Below the pieces are notes generated by a model. It ran no database searches, had not been told where the DNA came from, and worked only from the letters and a program-made list of their open reading frames with translations. A stretch of 64,000 nucleotides of DNA from a virus. Taxonomy: Duplodnaviria > Heunggongvirae > Uroviricota > Caudoviricetes. How positions within the stretch are numbered: the first letter of the stretch is position 1; each line of letters opens with the position of its first letter. This document shows positions 11,506 through 22,300 of this stretch, piece after piece. The translations under genes and the position numbers were made by a program. The stretch spans positions 9,618 through 73,617 of the IMG/VR virus record IMGVR_UViG_3300017747_005082. One strand, given 5' to 3'.

Positions 11506-12209
11506 TTTTGTAATTCTGTTATTGTTATATGTTTTGGAGGGTGATGTAAATATATCGGAAATTCAAATTCTTCTACATTTTTATCTATTTCCTCTAAAGT
11601 TTTTATAAATAATTTATTTTTTAATTCAATTTGTTCAGTACTATACTGTGTATTATTTTTTGAAAAAGATGATTTAGCTTCAATATTTGTTAATTCACTC
11701 TTAGCAGAAATTCTTAACATTTGATAATCATTTACAACAGTCATTTCTTTTTCAGTATAATCTGTTTCATAAGTATAAATATTATTTTCTCCGAACATTT
11801 TTATATACTCTTTTGTATTTGAATATACTTTAATCCAATTATCTAATAATATTTGTTTTGGAAGTTTACGTTCTCTATTAAAGTTTCTATAAAATGCAAT
11901 TACAGGATTACAATAATTAATTATTAATTTAAATTCATAATTATTATTACTTTTAATTAAATTTTCAATGGTCTTCAAATTAGCTCCAGTAGTATCCAAT
12001 ATAAAATCTTTATTTGATTCAATTATAGAAGGTAACCATACTTTATGTAAAAAACTAGCTGCTTTCAAAGGATTATTATAATAACCACTTTCTTTATTTT
12101 CAACTAAAATATCAGAATTAACCATTATAAATTCATCAAATATTAATTGTTTTAATAATGTAGTTTTTCCACTCGCTGCAGAACCTATAACTATTATACC
12201 TTTATTCAT
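11484..12209 (-). CDS. P-loop nucleotide/polynucleotide kinase-like protein
   Basis: GSAASGKTT Walker A, VNSD, ILDTTG, RNFNRER lid. Confidence 0.7.
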   Translation of the reverse strand: MNKGIIVIGSAASGKTTLLKQLIFDEFIMVNSDILVENKESGYYNNPLKAASFLHKVWLPSIIESNKDFILDTTGANLKTIENLIKSNNNYEFKLIINYCNPVIAFYRNFNRERKLPKQILLDNWIKVYSNTKEYIKMFGENNIYTYETDYTEKEMTVVNDYQMLRISAKSELTNIEAKSSFSKNNTQYSTEQIELKNKLFIKTLEEIDKNVEEFEFPIYLHHPPKHITITELQKWILEKK

Positions 12210-12402
12210 AACTAATTAATTCAAATGTTAATTTATTATATTTCTCATCTTTAGAATTCTCAACAAAATCTTGACATAAATATAAATTTTTCGTTGCTAT
12301 ATTTAATGAATTATATACTTTACCAAATTTACTATAACTAATCCAAGTTCCATCACATGTTTTAGTTACATATTTTCCATTACTACATTTAATTTTATAC
12401 AT
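12202..12402 (-). CDS. hypothetical protein
   Basis: 66-aa ORF. Confidence 0.5.
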   Translation of the reverse strand: MYKIKCSNGKYVTKTCDGTWISYSKFGKVYNSLNIATKNLYLCQDFVENSKDEKYNKLTFELISYE

Positions 12403-12428
12403 ATAATATTTTTGAGGAAATATATAAA

Positions 12429-12446
12429 AGGCCTTTTATAAGGCCT
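12429..12446 (-). terminator. GGCC-type terminator hairpin
   Basis: aggcctt/aaggcct inverted repeat after exonuclease. Confidence 0.6.
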
Positions 12447-12450
12447 AATA

Positions 12451-13224
12451 TTATTGTTTTCTTTTAATTATAGTGGGAAAGCTATCACTTATTGGAGCTT
12501 GTTTTGGATTTTCTAAATCAAATAAAGTTCTAATTACTTTAAATATTTCTATATTTTTTTCATGCTTACGTTCAGGTTCAATTAAATTCCAATTTTTCCC
12601 TTGTATCTTTTTCCCAGTTTTATCAGGTCCTCTAGATGAAGATTTTAACCATAAAATACCAGTTCTAGCTACTTTCCTACCAAAACATTCTTCATAACAA
12701 TGTTTATATAAAGAAGTTTGTATTTCATAAGTTGATTGGACTTGGTTAGAAGTTTTTAAATCTATAATCCATATTTCTCCATTAATTTCACATACTATAT
12801 CACAAGTTCCTGCTATTTTTAAAGTATCTGAGAATAAATGTACTTCAGTCTCCAATAATATTGGGTTGTAAGTTTCCCAAAAATCCACAAACCTTAAAAA
12901 CATTCTCCATACATCAGGATTATATTTTGGTTGTTGATATTCATCTAAGAAATGTAATTCTTCTCCCAATAAATATAATTCACATAATTCATGAGTTTGT
13001 GTTCCTTCTTCAGCTGCTTTTCTTGCAATATGTTCAGAAGTATATCCATGTTTTTTTAACCAATCTTCATAATGTTTTCCTTTTGGATATACTGATAAAA
13101 CATGAGTTATAGAAGGATAATATTTACCATTTCTTCTATAGAATCTTGAATCTAAACTTGTTATTTGTAAAGCATCTTCAGATATTTCTAATAATCTTTT
13201 ATACTTTTTATTCTTTAGGATCAT
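12451..13224 (-). CDS. PD-(D/E)XK exonuclease (RecB/Cas4-like phage exonuclease)
   Basis: YYPSITHVL, EGTQTHE, AGTCD...IIDLKTS, YEIQ. Confidence 0.75.
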   Translation of the reverse strand: MILKNKKYKRLLEISEDALQITSLDSRFYRRNGKYYPSITHVLSVYPKGKHYEDWLKKHGYTSEHIARKAAEEGTQTHELCELYLLGEELHFLDEYQQPKYNPDVWRMFLRFVDFWETYNPILLETEVHLFSDTLKIAGTCDIVCEINGEIWIIDLKTSNQVQSTYEIQTSLYKHCYEECFGRKVARTGILWLKSSSRGPDKTGKKIQGKNWNLIEPERKHEKNIEIFKVIRTLFDLENPKQAPISDSFPTIIKRKQ

Positions 13225-14162
13225 ATTTCCATTTTTAATTTAACTAAATCAGAATATGTAAATGGTTTTAAATTCTGTACTAGTTGGTTATATTTCTCAA
13301 AACCTATAACGTTGGGATCTTTCCCTTTTAATCTAACAACATAAACTTTTTTACCTAAATTAATTAATTCCTCCGATATTCTTAAAGTATTTTTCAAAGC
13401 ATCTTCATCCAAAGACAAATATATAGATTTAACTGAGTTTAATGTTAATTGTTTTTTGAGTTTTTCGGGTATACTTTTACCAAATAATGGGATTGCATTT
13501 CTTTTAATAGATAATGCATCAAAAGGTCCTTCACATATAGTAATAGGCAAATCCCAATTTATTAATGATTCAAATCCAATTATATTCTTATCAGATTTAG
13601 GAGCATCTAAGGGAAATGTAGATTCTTTATCAAAAGATCTAGCTACAAAATAGTCTAGATTTCCTTCTTTTGAATATGAAGGAATAATTATTTTATTTCT
13701 ATATCGACCATCTTCACAATAACCAATATTATGTTTAATTATATCTTCAAAAGATATTCCTCTATCTTTAATTAAATATTTTAAAGCATGTTTTGATAAA
13801 ATATCCGTTTTTTTTAATTCTATAAAAGGTCTAAATTCTTTTGGTAGTTCAACATTAATATCAAGTTTTATTTTATCAGCTTTAAATGCAGTTCCTAATA
13901 TTTTATTTAATTCTTCAAATTTAGAAGTATTAACTTTTAATGCATTAAATAATGATTTTAATGTAGTACCTTTAAAATTACTACAAGTCCAGCAAGCCCA
14001 TCTATTTTCATTTTTAGTAGTGGGAATCATATTTACTTCTAGTTTTCTTTTATGATGCTTACATTTAGGACAATAAAAAGCATAATTATTTCTAGAACGT
14101 ACTTCTCCTTTACCAAGTACAGATTCTACAAGGCCTAAAAGTACATTATTTATTATTTCCAT
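13221..14162 (-). CDS. DNA primase (Zn-binding + TOPRIM)
   Basis: CPKC..H...CWTC zinc module; CEGPFDAL and LSLDED TOPRIM. Confidence 0.85.
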   Translation of the reverse strand: MEIINNVLLGLVESVLGKGEVRSRNNYAFYCPKCKHHKRKLEVNMIPTTKNENRWACWTCSNFKGTTLKSLFNALKVNTSKFEELNKILGTAFKADKIKLDINVELPKEFRPFIELKKTDILSKHALKYLIKDRGISFEDIIKHNIGYCEDGRYRNKIIIPSYSKEGNLDYFVARSFDKESTFPLDAPKSDKNIIGFESLINWDLPITICEGPFDALSIKRNAIPLFGKSIPEKLKKQLTLNSVKSIYLSLDEDALKNTLRISEELINLGKKVYVVRLKGKDPNVIGFEKYNQLVQNLKPFTYSDLVKLKMEI

Positions 14163-14352
14163 TACATAATAATTTTTTTACAATAAATAATTTGTCAAAT
14201 TCTTCTATTGGAAGATTTTTTATTGTTTTAAAATAATTATGAGCTAATTCATCTTCACCTATCTTATATCTTAAAGAATGTGAAAAGTTAGTTTCAAAAA
14301 TTGAAATTAATTCTTTTAAATTATTTTTACTATATAATCCATATTTAGCCAT
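14146..14352 (-). CDS. hypothetical protein
   Basis: 68-aa ORF. Confidence 0.5.
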   Translation of the reverse strand: MAKYGLYSKNNLKELISIFETNFSHSLRYKIGEDELAHNYFKTIKNLPIEEFDKLFIVKKLLCNGNNK

Positions 14353-14403
14353 AGAAAGAAATTTTTGTTATAATATATAAAATAAATTTGAAATAACCTA
14401 ATA

Positions 14404-14850
14404 TTATATAAAATCTTTTCTATGGAATTTACCTAAAATAGAATGATTATAAGTATCTCTCTGAAGTACATTCTCCTTCATTTGATACATAGTTTCATAA
14501 TAAGTTAATTGTTTGGAATTAAAAGCAAATTGAATAATAATTCTTTCGTATTTTTCTTTACCATTAATTTTTAATTCTTCTAATAATTCCTTAGACGAAC
14601 CATAATAATCTTTCCAATCAGATTCAGTTATTACTCTTTTTGAAGTTGGTCGTCTCCCAGGTTTTATTTCTATATTCGCTAATTCTTTTTTACCTAATTT
14701 TTTCTTTCGATCAAACTGAAGAACTTTTTTTCCAATATAAAATTTGCCTGATTCCTTATTTACTATTTTATATACAAAACCCACACAATTATTTGGGAAA
14801 TCTTCTAAACAAAGATATTTTTTTTTACCTGATATATCTATCCAATTCAT
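14404..14850 (-). CDS. GIY-YIG (Seg-like) endonuclease
   Basis: GFVYKIVN...FYIGKK, YYGSS, YYE, YN motifs. Confidence 0.7.
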   Translation of the reverse strand: MNWIDISGKKKYLCLEDFPNNCVGFVYKIVNKESGKFYIGKKVLQFDRKKKLGKKELANIEIKPGRRPTSKRVITESDWKDYYGSSKELLEELKINGKEKYERIIIQFAFNSKQLTYYETMYQMKENVLQRDTYNHSILGKFHRKDFI

Positions 14851-14853
14851 ATT

Positions 14854-15129
14854 TTAAAAATCTAATCTTACCATAAATACTGTATCTGTTGTTGATGACA
14901 ATTTTATAGGTTGTCCTAATTTTGCCACTGCTATTAATTCATTAGCATCATTATATAATCCAATAGTGGTAACATATGGAGAAAAATCTTCGGCTAATGC
15001 AAAAGGTTTTAGTTCTCCAAATGAACCGGTTTGTAATGTAGGATTTGTTGAGTAATTAAATTCATTTTCTCCTACATTACATCTTATTTCAGTTTCATAT
15101 ATTATATATTCGTTTTTAAATTCTATCAT
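14854..15129 (-). CDS. virion structural protein, paralogous to the C-terminus of 17674-18693
   Basis: Both share NEFNYSTNP and TT[IV]GLYN..NEL[IL]AVAKL..P...LDF. Confidence 0.65.
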   Translation of the reverse strand: MIEFKNEYIIYETEIRCNVGENEFNYSTNPTLQTGSFGELKPFALAEDFSPYVTTIGLYNDANELIAVAKLGQPIKLSSTTDTVFMVRLDF

Positions 15130-15132
15130 AAT

Positions 15133-15660
15133 TTATATATCACAAGATGAAGATCTAACATTAGAATAAGAAGAATTTCCACTTCCACTACATTGATTTG
15201 CTACTCTAAAATAAACAGGAGAACTACCATTTATTGGTAAATTTTCTAATGTACCAGAAATATTAACATTAACTAACATTGAAGAACCAGTATTAGTAAT
15301 TAAACTTATACCTATTTCTCCAGTAAAATTAGATTGTAAACTATATTCTATAAAACTAGTAGGTATAGAACTAGTTGTTCCATTTAAAGCATATCTTATA
15401 TTATATACATAATCATAATCAGGTCCACATGGAGTAGCTGCTCTTAATAATGTTGGGGCTATACAATATCCTGTTATAGGACAATTCTCAGGATCAAAAA
15501 TTTTATAAAAATATTGAGTATTACATAAAAAAGAAGATGTAAAACTAGAACTTAGGTTGAAATTTATACTATATGAAGGATTTACTACAGATCCTGAATT
15601 TGGACCTGTAGTAAATATTTGTATCACGCTTGGGTTTATTATATATCCTGTATTTGCCAT
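15133..15660 (-). CDS. putative tail/fibre structural protein
   Basis: S/T/N/G-rich, Fn3-like YFRVANQC, in structural operon. Confidence 0.5.
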   Translation of the reverse strand: MANTGYIINPSVIQIFTTGPNSGSVVNPSYSINFNLSSSFTSSFLCNTQYFYKIFDPENCPITGYCIAPTLLRAATPCGPDYDYVYNIRYALNGTTSSIPTSFIEYSLQSNFTGEIGISLITNTGSSMLVNVNISGTLENLPINGSSPVYFRVANQCSGSGNSSYSNVRSSSCDI

Positions 15661-15669
15661 AATTATTTA

Positions 15670-17667
15670 TTATTGTTCACAATATGATCCACTATAAATA
15701 TTTACTCTACCATAAACTTCAGGATTAACAATATTACTAACACATCCTGAAGCATCAATTACAGATGCTATTACTGTCATTGCATTTAAACCATCACTAT
15801 ATAATGTTATACTAGATGAATCTGATACATATACAGTACTTGGACTTATAATATTATATGTATAAGGACTAACTCCTCCAGAAATATTAAAATTAATTGT
15901 TGAATAACATTCATTATCATATGAAGCTGTAGCTGATATAACAAATAATCCTGGTGACGTTAGTATTACATTTGATGATTGGATACAAGTTTGGTTATCT
16001 ATAATTATATTATATGAACCACTTACTAGATCTTCTAATAATAAAGAAGAAGTGTTATATATTGAAGAAGAAGTATTAGGGTAAATTACTTCTATACTAA
16101 CAATATCAGTATCATTCTCAGTATAATTAATATTAATTGTTCCATTATCATTGTTATAACATGAAATAGATGAAGTTACTATAGTGTAAGTAAATGGAGG
16201 ATTTTGACCTATATTAAATGAACTTGTTATTGAACAATTATTATTATCATATAATGTAATATAGTTAGAACCAGTAGATAATGTAATTAAATTTGGTATT
16301 GTATATTCTGTAGGATTTACTCCTACAATAAATTTAATAGCATTTGATGATGATACAATTATTGAACCACTTGTTGTACATGAAGGAGAATTATTAATAG
16401 TCATATCTACATCAATTTCATCATGGAAAAAACTTATAGATTGAGATATAATATTTCCAATATAATCTTTAATATATAAAGTATTATTATTACTATTTAT
16501 AGATCCTGTTACCTCAATATTATAAAAACCAGATATATTAGTATAATTAGTATTATCAAAAGAAAATGAATATTCAGGAACTCCTCCATTTATATCAAAT
16601 GAATAACTAGTTAGAGTTGAAATCCCAGGACATACTTTTTCAGTTTGAATATTATTTACTTTTAATTCATCTGCAGTAATAACAATATTAATAGTTGCAA
16701 TATTACTTAATAATCCTATATTATTTTCAATTTGGTAACCAATTTGATAATTACCTGGTATAAAACTTTGTTGGTTTTGTATTATATATAATAAGGTATC
16801 CCCCCCAATATAACAATCAGGAAATGATGATGATAATGGAATTAAATTTATAGATGAATAATTTATCCCTCCACAATCACTAAAATCATTTTCTAATATA
16901 TCAAAATTTACAGGTTGATTTAAATTATTATAAGTATAATAATTATTTATAGCTATTGGAGGTAAATCAATAGCACAAATATATTCAGGATTTGTTAATA
17001 TTATTAAACCATGAGAATAAAATATATTTCCTACATATATTGCAGTTGGAATTCCCGATTCTATAATTGTATTATAATTTTCTAAATTACCATAATCAAA
17101 AATATTTCCTTCACCATCATCTCTTATATAAAAACTACCTGATTCTAAAATAAATGAAGAAGGTTTTATGTTGGAGCCATAAATATTTTTATCAATAGAA
17201 ATTACAGATATAATTGTTCCTTGTCCAGAACTATAAGCACTTTCATCATATAATGCATCTTCATCATATAATGCACCATTATATATACTATTAATTCCTT
17301 GAAAAGAAGAACCAGTTATATTTCCAATTCTTCTTAAATTAGTAGTGTATGAACCTGAATATAATGTAGTTTGAGGATATTCTTCATATGATGAAGATGT
17401 TGTAAATATCCCATCATTTTCTATGTAATTTTGATAGAATAATTTTTTAATAGAATCAAAAATAAGACGTCTATATTCATTATTAGTAGTCTTATTATCA
17501 TTTATTGGATCAAAACTATTAATAGTATTAACGGGGGTATTTTCCCCCGCATATATATTAATACCATTATCATTTAATTCATTAAAATTAACTTTAAATG
17601 ATTTATTTGATTTATATTTTGTGACATTTATATCACTAGATGTTATTTTTTTATATGAGAAACTCAT
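15670..17667 (-). CDS. putative tail/baseplate protein with SprB-like repeats
   Basis: ISCY..DNGTINI...L.SGSYNIII...C and FDINGGVPEY / FNISGGVSPY repeats. Confidence 0.55.
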   Translation of the reverse strand: MSFSYKKITSSDINVTKYKSNKSFKVNFNELNDNGINIYAGENTPVNTINSFDPINDNKTTNNEYRRLIFDSIKKLFYQNYIENDGIFTTSSSYEEYPQTTLYSGSYTTNLRRIGNITGSSFQGINSIYNGALYDEDALYDESAYSSGQGTIISVISIDKNIYGSNIKPSSFILESGSFYIRDDGEGNIFDYGNLENYNTIIESGIPTAIYVGNIFYSHGLIILTNPEYICAIDLPPIAINNYYTYNNLNQPVNFDILENDFSDCGGINYSSINLIPLSSSFPDCYIGGDTLLYIIQNQQSFIPGNYQIGYQIENNIGLLSNIATINIVITADELKVNNIQTEKVCPGISTLTSYSFDINGGVPEYSFSFDNTNYTNISGFYNIEVTGSINSNNNTLYIKDYIGNIISQSISFFHDEIDVDMTINNSPSCTTSGSIIVSSSNAIKFIVGVNPTEYTIPNLITLSTGSNYITLYDNNNCSITSSFNIGQNPPFTYTIVTSSISCYNNDNGTININYTENDTDIVSIEVIYPNTSSSIYNTSSLLLEDLVSGSYNIIIDNQTCIQSSNVILTSPGLFVISATASYDNECYSTINFNISGGVSPYTYNIISPSTVYVSDSSSITLYSDGLNAMTVIASVIDASGCVSNIVNPEVYGRVNIYSGSYCEQ

Positions 17668-17673
17668 TATTTT

Positions 17674-18693
17674 TTAGAAGTCTAACTTAACTCTCAAAAG
17701 CATTTCTTTTGTAAAATCCTTAGTCAATGGTTTACTTAATTTAGCTACTGCTAATAATTCATTAGAATTATTATATAATCCAACTGTTGTTATAAAAGTT
17801 TGAGGATTATTAACTAAACTAGGATAATAAAACTCTCCATTATCATTTATAATTGAAGGATTTGTTGAATAATTAAATTCATTATTTCTAACTCTAATAA
17901 AAACATAATCAGAAGTAATTGTTTCTTCACTATTTAATGAAAAATAACTTCCTGAATTTATAGCATTGAAAAATTGTAAATTATTTTGATTTAAAGTAAC
18001 ATTATCTTGTGCTGTTCCAGGAACAACATTTATACCTCCACTAACAAAAGGTAGTGCTAAAGCTTTTGGATTTAATAAAATTAAACCTACGTCTGGTAAA
18101 AATTTACCATATGAACCAGAAGCTGTATAACCTGGTGTTGTACTATTAGAAGTAGTAATTGCATTTCCATTACTTCCACTAACTACATCAAATACTCTAC
18201 CTGCATCACAATAACTAATAGTTGTTACATCCTTACTATTATTAGTTAAATTAATAGTACCTGATACTCCAGTTAAGTTAAGATTAAATGTTGGAGAAAA
18301 TAATTTTTCTTTATATCTTGTTCTATTTATATTAATTATATAAATATCTTCTGCTACAGTATTTCCATTTCCAAAATTTATATCTGTATTTTCGTCTCCA
18401 TTTATTAATGTTCTAAATTGACCATATAATACTCTTGTTATAGAATTATTTGGAACTAAAGGATTAATTAATGCAGAACCAGATCCATACTTATTTCCAT
18501 AGGCTATAGAAAATTGTACATCTAAACTAGAACTTATATTAGGATCTGAAGAATATACCTCTATATAAGGTTTAGTAGATGTATTTTCTTTATAGAAGTT
18601 ATTTAATATAGTTTTATCATCACTCCATAAAGTAGATACTATTGAATCCGAGCTTACTACTATATCTTCATTGTTTAATGGTGAAAAACTCAT
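17674..18693 (-). CDS. virion structural protein
   Basis: In baseplate operon; shared C-terminal domain. Confidence 0.6.
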   Translation of the reverse strand: MSFSPLNNEDIVVSSDSIVSTLWSDDKTILNNFYKENTSTKPYIEVYSSDPNISSSLDVQFSIAYGNKYGSGSALINPLVPNNSITRVLYGQFRTLINGDENTDINFGNGNTVAEDIYIININRTRYKEKLFSPTFNLNLTGVSGTINLTNNSKDVTTISYCDAGRVFDVVSGSNGNAITTSNSTTPGYTASGSYGKFLPDVGLILLNPKALALPFVSGGINVVPGTAQDNVTLNQNNLQFFNAINSGSYFSLNSEETITSDYVFIRVRNNEFNYSTNPSIINDNGEFYYPSLVNNPQTFITTVGLYNNSNELLAVAKLSKPLTKDFTKEMLLRVKLDF

Positions 18694-18694
18694 A

Positions 18695-19354
18695 TTAGTT
18701 TATTGTTTTAGTTAAAGTTATTGGAATTGTTATTCTTGCTCCTGAATCTCTACCTACTATTGTTAATATAGTTGAAATAGATGATTGTGTATTGAATAGT
18801 GTGTTAATAGTTGTTCCTGTAATATTAATAGTTGTTCCTATTACAGTTTTAGATACATTAGTTCCTAAAGTAGTTGTTGAATTTAATGTTGTTACATCAG
18901 GAGTTGTTATACCTACCCCTTCAAAATTAGATAATAATCGTGAGTCTCCTATAGTTGCTGTATATCCAGATGATTCAAATGTAGAAGCAGCACCTAAATA
19001 ATTTAGTGTTTGAGGAGTAATACTTAATGAAGCTCCCTGTTTTAAACTTATTGCAACATAACCAACATCTAATATAGGTAATTTAGCTGTTCCTCTAGGT
19101 AATGAAAGTAACTTATATTTCATTATTTGATTTTCATCAGGGAAAGCTTCTATTATTGGCATAGCTTCTATGGCTTCACCAAAAAATGCAGATCCCGATG
19201 GATGTTCTGGATTATATAATGTATAATCTATTTCATCATCAGATAATGAAAATTGAGTTATTCTAAATGAGCCATCATTTTTAGCTAAAAGTTCACGACC
19301 TTTTTTAGTAAGAATAGCATCAATTGAAATTGTATTTGAATTTAAAAATCCCAT
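18695..19354 (-). CDS. virion structural protein
   Basis: DAILTKKGRELL...FSLSDDEIDY; operon context. Confidence 0.55.
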   Translation of the reverse strand: MGFLNSNTISIDAILTKKGRELLAKNDGSFRITQFSLSDDEIDYTLYNPEHPSGSAFFGEAIEAMPIIEAFPDENQIMKYKLLSLPRGTAKLPILDVGYVAISLKQGASLSITPQTLNYLGAASTFESSGYTATIGDSRLLSNFEGVGITTPDVTTLNSTTTLGTNVSKTVIGTTINITGTTINTLFNTQSSISTILTIVGRDSGARITIPITLTKTIN

Positions 19355-19388
19355 TTGTTTTTATTTTATAATTATAAATATATACAGA

Positions 19389-22300
19389 TTAAATTAAGTT
19401 TTGGTTTTTTAGTTGTTTAATAATATTACCTGCTTTATTTTTTACGTTATCACTTATGTTATTAGGTAATATAATTCCAGATGAAGTAGCTCCAGGTTTT
19501 TTACTAGTATTTAATACTAAATTAGTTTCATCAGATATTTTTGATAACATAATAAAGTTTTGAATATTTTTAGCTAAGCTACCACTTTCACTATAATCTA
19601 AACAAGCTTGATTTGGAATACTATTTGTTAGTTCAATAACAAGTCTATTATCATAACTAGATGATATTGGTTGAGATTGTGGAAAATGTATGGCTTTAAT
19701 TTCATTCTCAAAATTAATTGGAAATGATCTTCTATCATTATTATAAAATCTTACTAAATCTCCTACTTTTAAATGGAATATAGTTTCTATTTCTTCATAT
19801 CCCAAAGGAGAAAATAAAGGTGATGTTTGTATAAATTGATTTCCTTCATTTAATATTCTATTATAAATAATATCAGATAGATAAAATGAACCTGTTAATA
19901 AATTATAATTACTTCCATTAGTATCACTATTCCCTCTTTCAAAATACCAATTATTAATTGGAGCAGAACCAGAATTAAATCCATAATCTAATGATCCTGT
20001 TATGTAAATATAATCTGGTGGAGAAGTATATATAAATGGAGTTCCAATTCTAGCAAATGCATTTTGATTAGATTGAGGTAACTCAGTAAATTGTATATTA
20101 TTAACTCCAGTTTTAGTTAGATTTACTGTAGCACGTATATTTCCGATATTATTATTTATATCTCGTAATTCAATATTTCCTGAGTTTACTCCATCAGGTA
20201 ATATGATTATACCTTCAATATTAAAATTAATTATTATTTCTAAATTATTAGCTGATTCTATAGGATAATTTCCTTCAGGAATATTAGATGTAGGTACATT
20301 ACCAAAACTATTAAGTTTATTACTAATATTAAAAGAAGCACTGGTACTTAATACCATTAAATTAGCACTAGTAACTCCATTAGTAAGTGGATTAACTATA
20401 TTTGGGTTTTGGGTTGGTCCTGTAAATGAATTAATTAATGTATCTAAATTTGGATGTCTATATATATCTGCTTTAATACCTGCAGGTACCTTTATAGAAC
20501 GTACATTATCATTAAATCCAGGAAAATCAGGATCATTATTAAAATTATTATATACCCCAGGTTCTAATAAATATTCTACACCTGTATAATTTGTATTTCT
20601 ATAAAATCTAGTAATTAGATTTGTAGGGGGTGATACTTTAGTTATAAATGATACAGAACCTGTTACCTTTTGAATTATTTGTCCTGGATATAATGTATTT
20701 CTAGTTACATTAACTAATATTCTTGAATTTAAATTTGATTGTAATGTATTAGATAAGGTATTAAGTCCAGGAGTTATTGTTGGGTTAGATTGTAAAGATA
20801 AAAAATTAATAGACAAATCTTCATTAGCTAAAGGTGATGTTACTTCACTCCCTGATATATTTTGGATTGGAATATCATTTAAAAATGTATATTCTAATGA
20901 ATTATGAGTAGAAGTTGTTGTTGATAAATTTTGTAGTACTGTTTCATATCTAAATCCTCCAGCAAATATAGGTTTTAAACCATCTAATATTTTTTGGTTG
21001 CTTGGATTTTGATTATCATCTAATAGTACATCAGCTTTATTTACATTAAAAATTGATTGTATATCAAAAAGATTTTTATTTTGCCTTGTTAATTCTGTAA
21101 TATTTGAATTTTCATCTATTAGATATTTTATATAAGCGTTTGTTCTTCCAGGTAATGTTAATGATTGAGAAGTCATTTCCTCAAAATAAACAAATTTATT
21201 ATTATTTTTATTAATTACAGGATTTTTACCATAAGAGATATCTCCAATATTATATATATTATATTCTTTAGAAATTAATTTACTTCCTAAATATCTAGGT
21301 TGTGTATATCTTTTTAATGTATAGTTACTTTCTTGAATATCAGCATTTATAACTTCATTATTAACATTATCAAATAATGAAGAGGTAATATAATTTAAAT
21401 TCACTGGAATATTTATATTCCCATTATAATCAACATTAAAATATTTTTTTGATGTTCTTGCTTTTTCAACATTATTTAATATTGGATCAAATATTAATTT
21501 AGAATAATTTTTACTAATTTCCTCATTTTCTAATTTAATTTTATTTAATTCATATACTATATTAGTACTAGGTAATTTATATACTTCTATTTCAGAATCA
21601 CTTAATTCTCCGTTATATAATTCTTTATTATCTGTACTAACTTTAGCAACTATTCCTATTTCAGTATTATAATATTTAGTATTAGAAGAATCTATAGTTG
21701 AATTAAGACCATTTGAACCTGTTATAAAAGCAGTTTGAATTTCTGTTTCCATATATTTAGATTCTACTACAGGTTCAAATTTTTGAACCTTATTTCTTTC
21801 TAAAATATGAGGTTTTATTACTAAACCAGAAGATAAATTAGCTTTAGCAGGAACATAATCTTTTATCATTTTAAATAAAGAATTATCTAAATATGATAAT
21901 AATTTAATAATATCAAATATATCTTGTTTTTCTAAATACTTTTTAAAATAAAATGATCTTAGTTCATCTAATTTAGGATAAGTTAGTTTATTAGCATCTC
22001 TAGGATCACCTATATATTCATCTAAATTAAAATTACCTAATTGTTTTATTATATCATCATTTATAGAATTTTGGGGAGAAATAGCTATTTCTAATTTAGA
22101 TGAATTTTTTACTTGATTATATTTTTGTTTTTTTACTATTGAAACATTTGGAGATAAGGTATTATCAGGTAATGTTTCAGTTTCAATAATTTTTATTTTT
22201 TCATTTGATTCAATAAAACTACCTCCATTCGGTGAATTTACTAAATATTGCTCATAATTAGGAATATATCTTATAAATGATGGATTTGAATTTACAGCAT

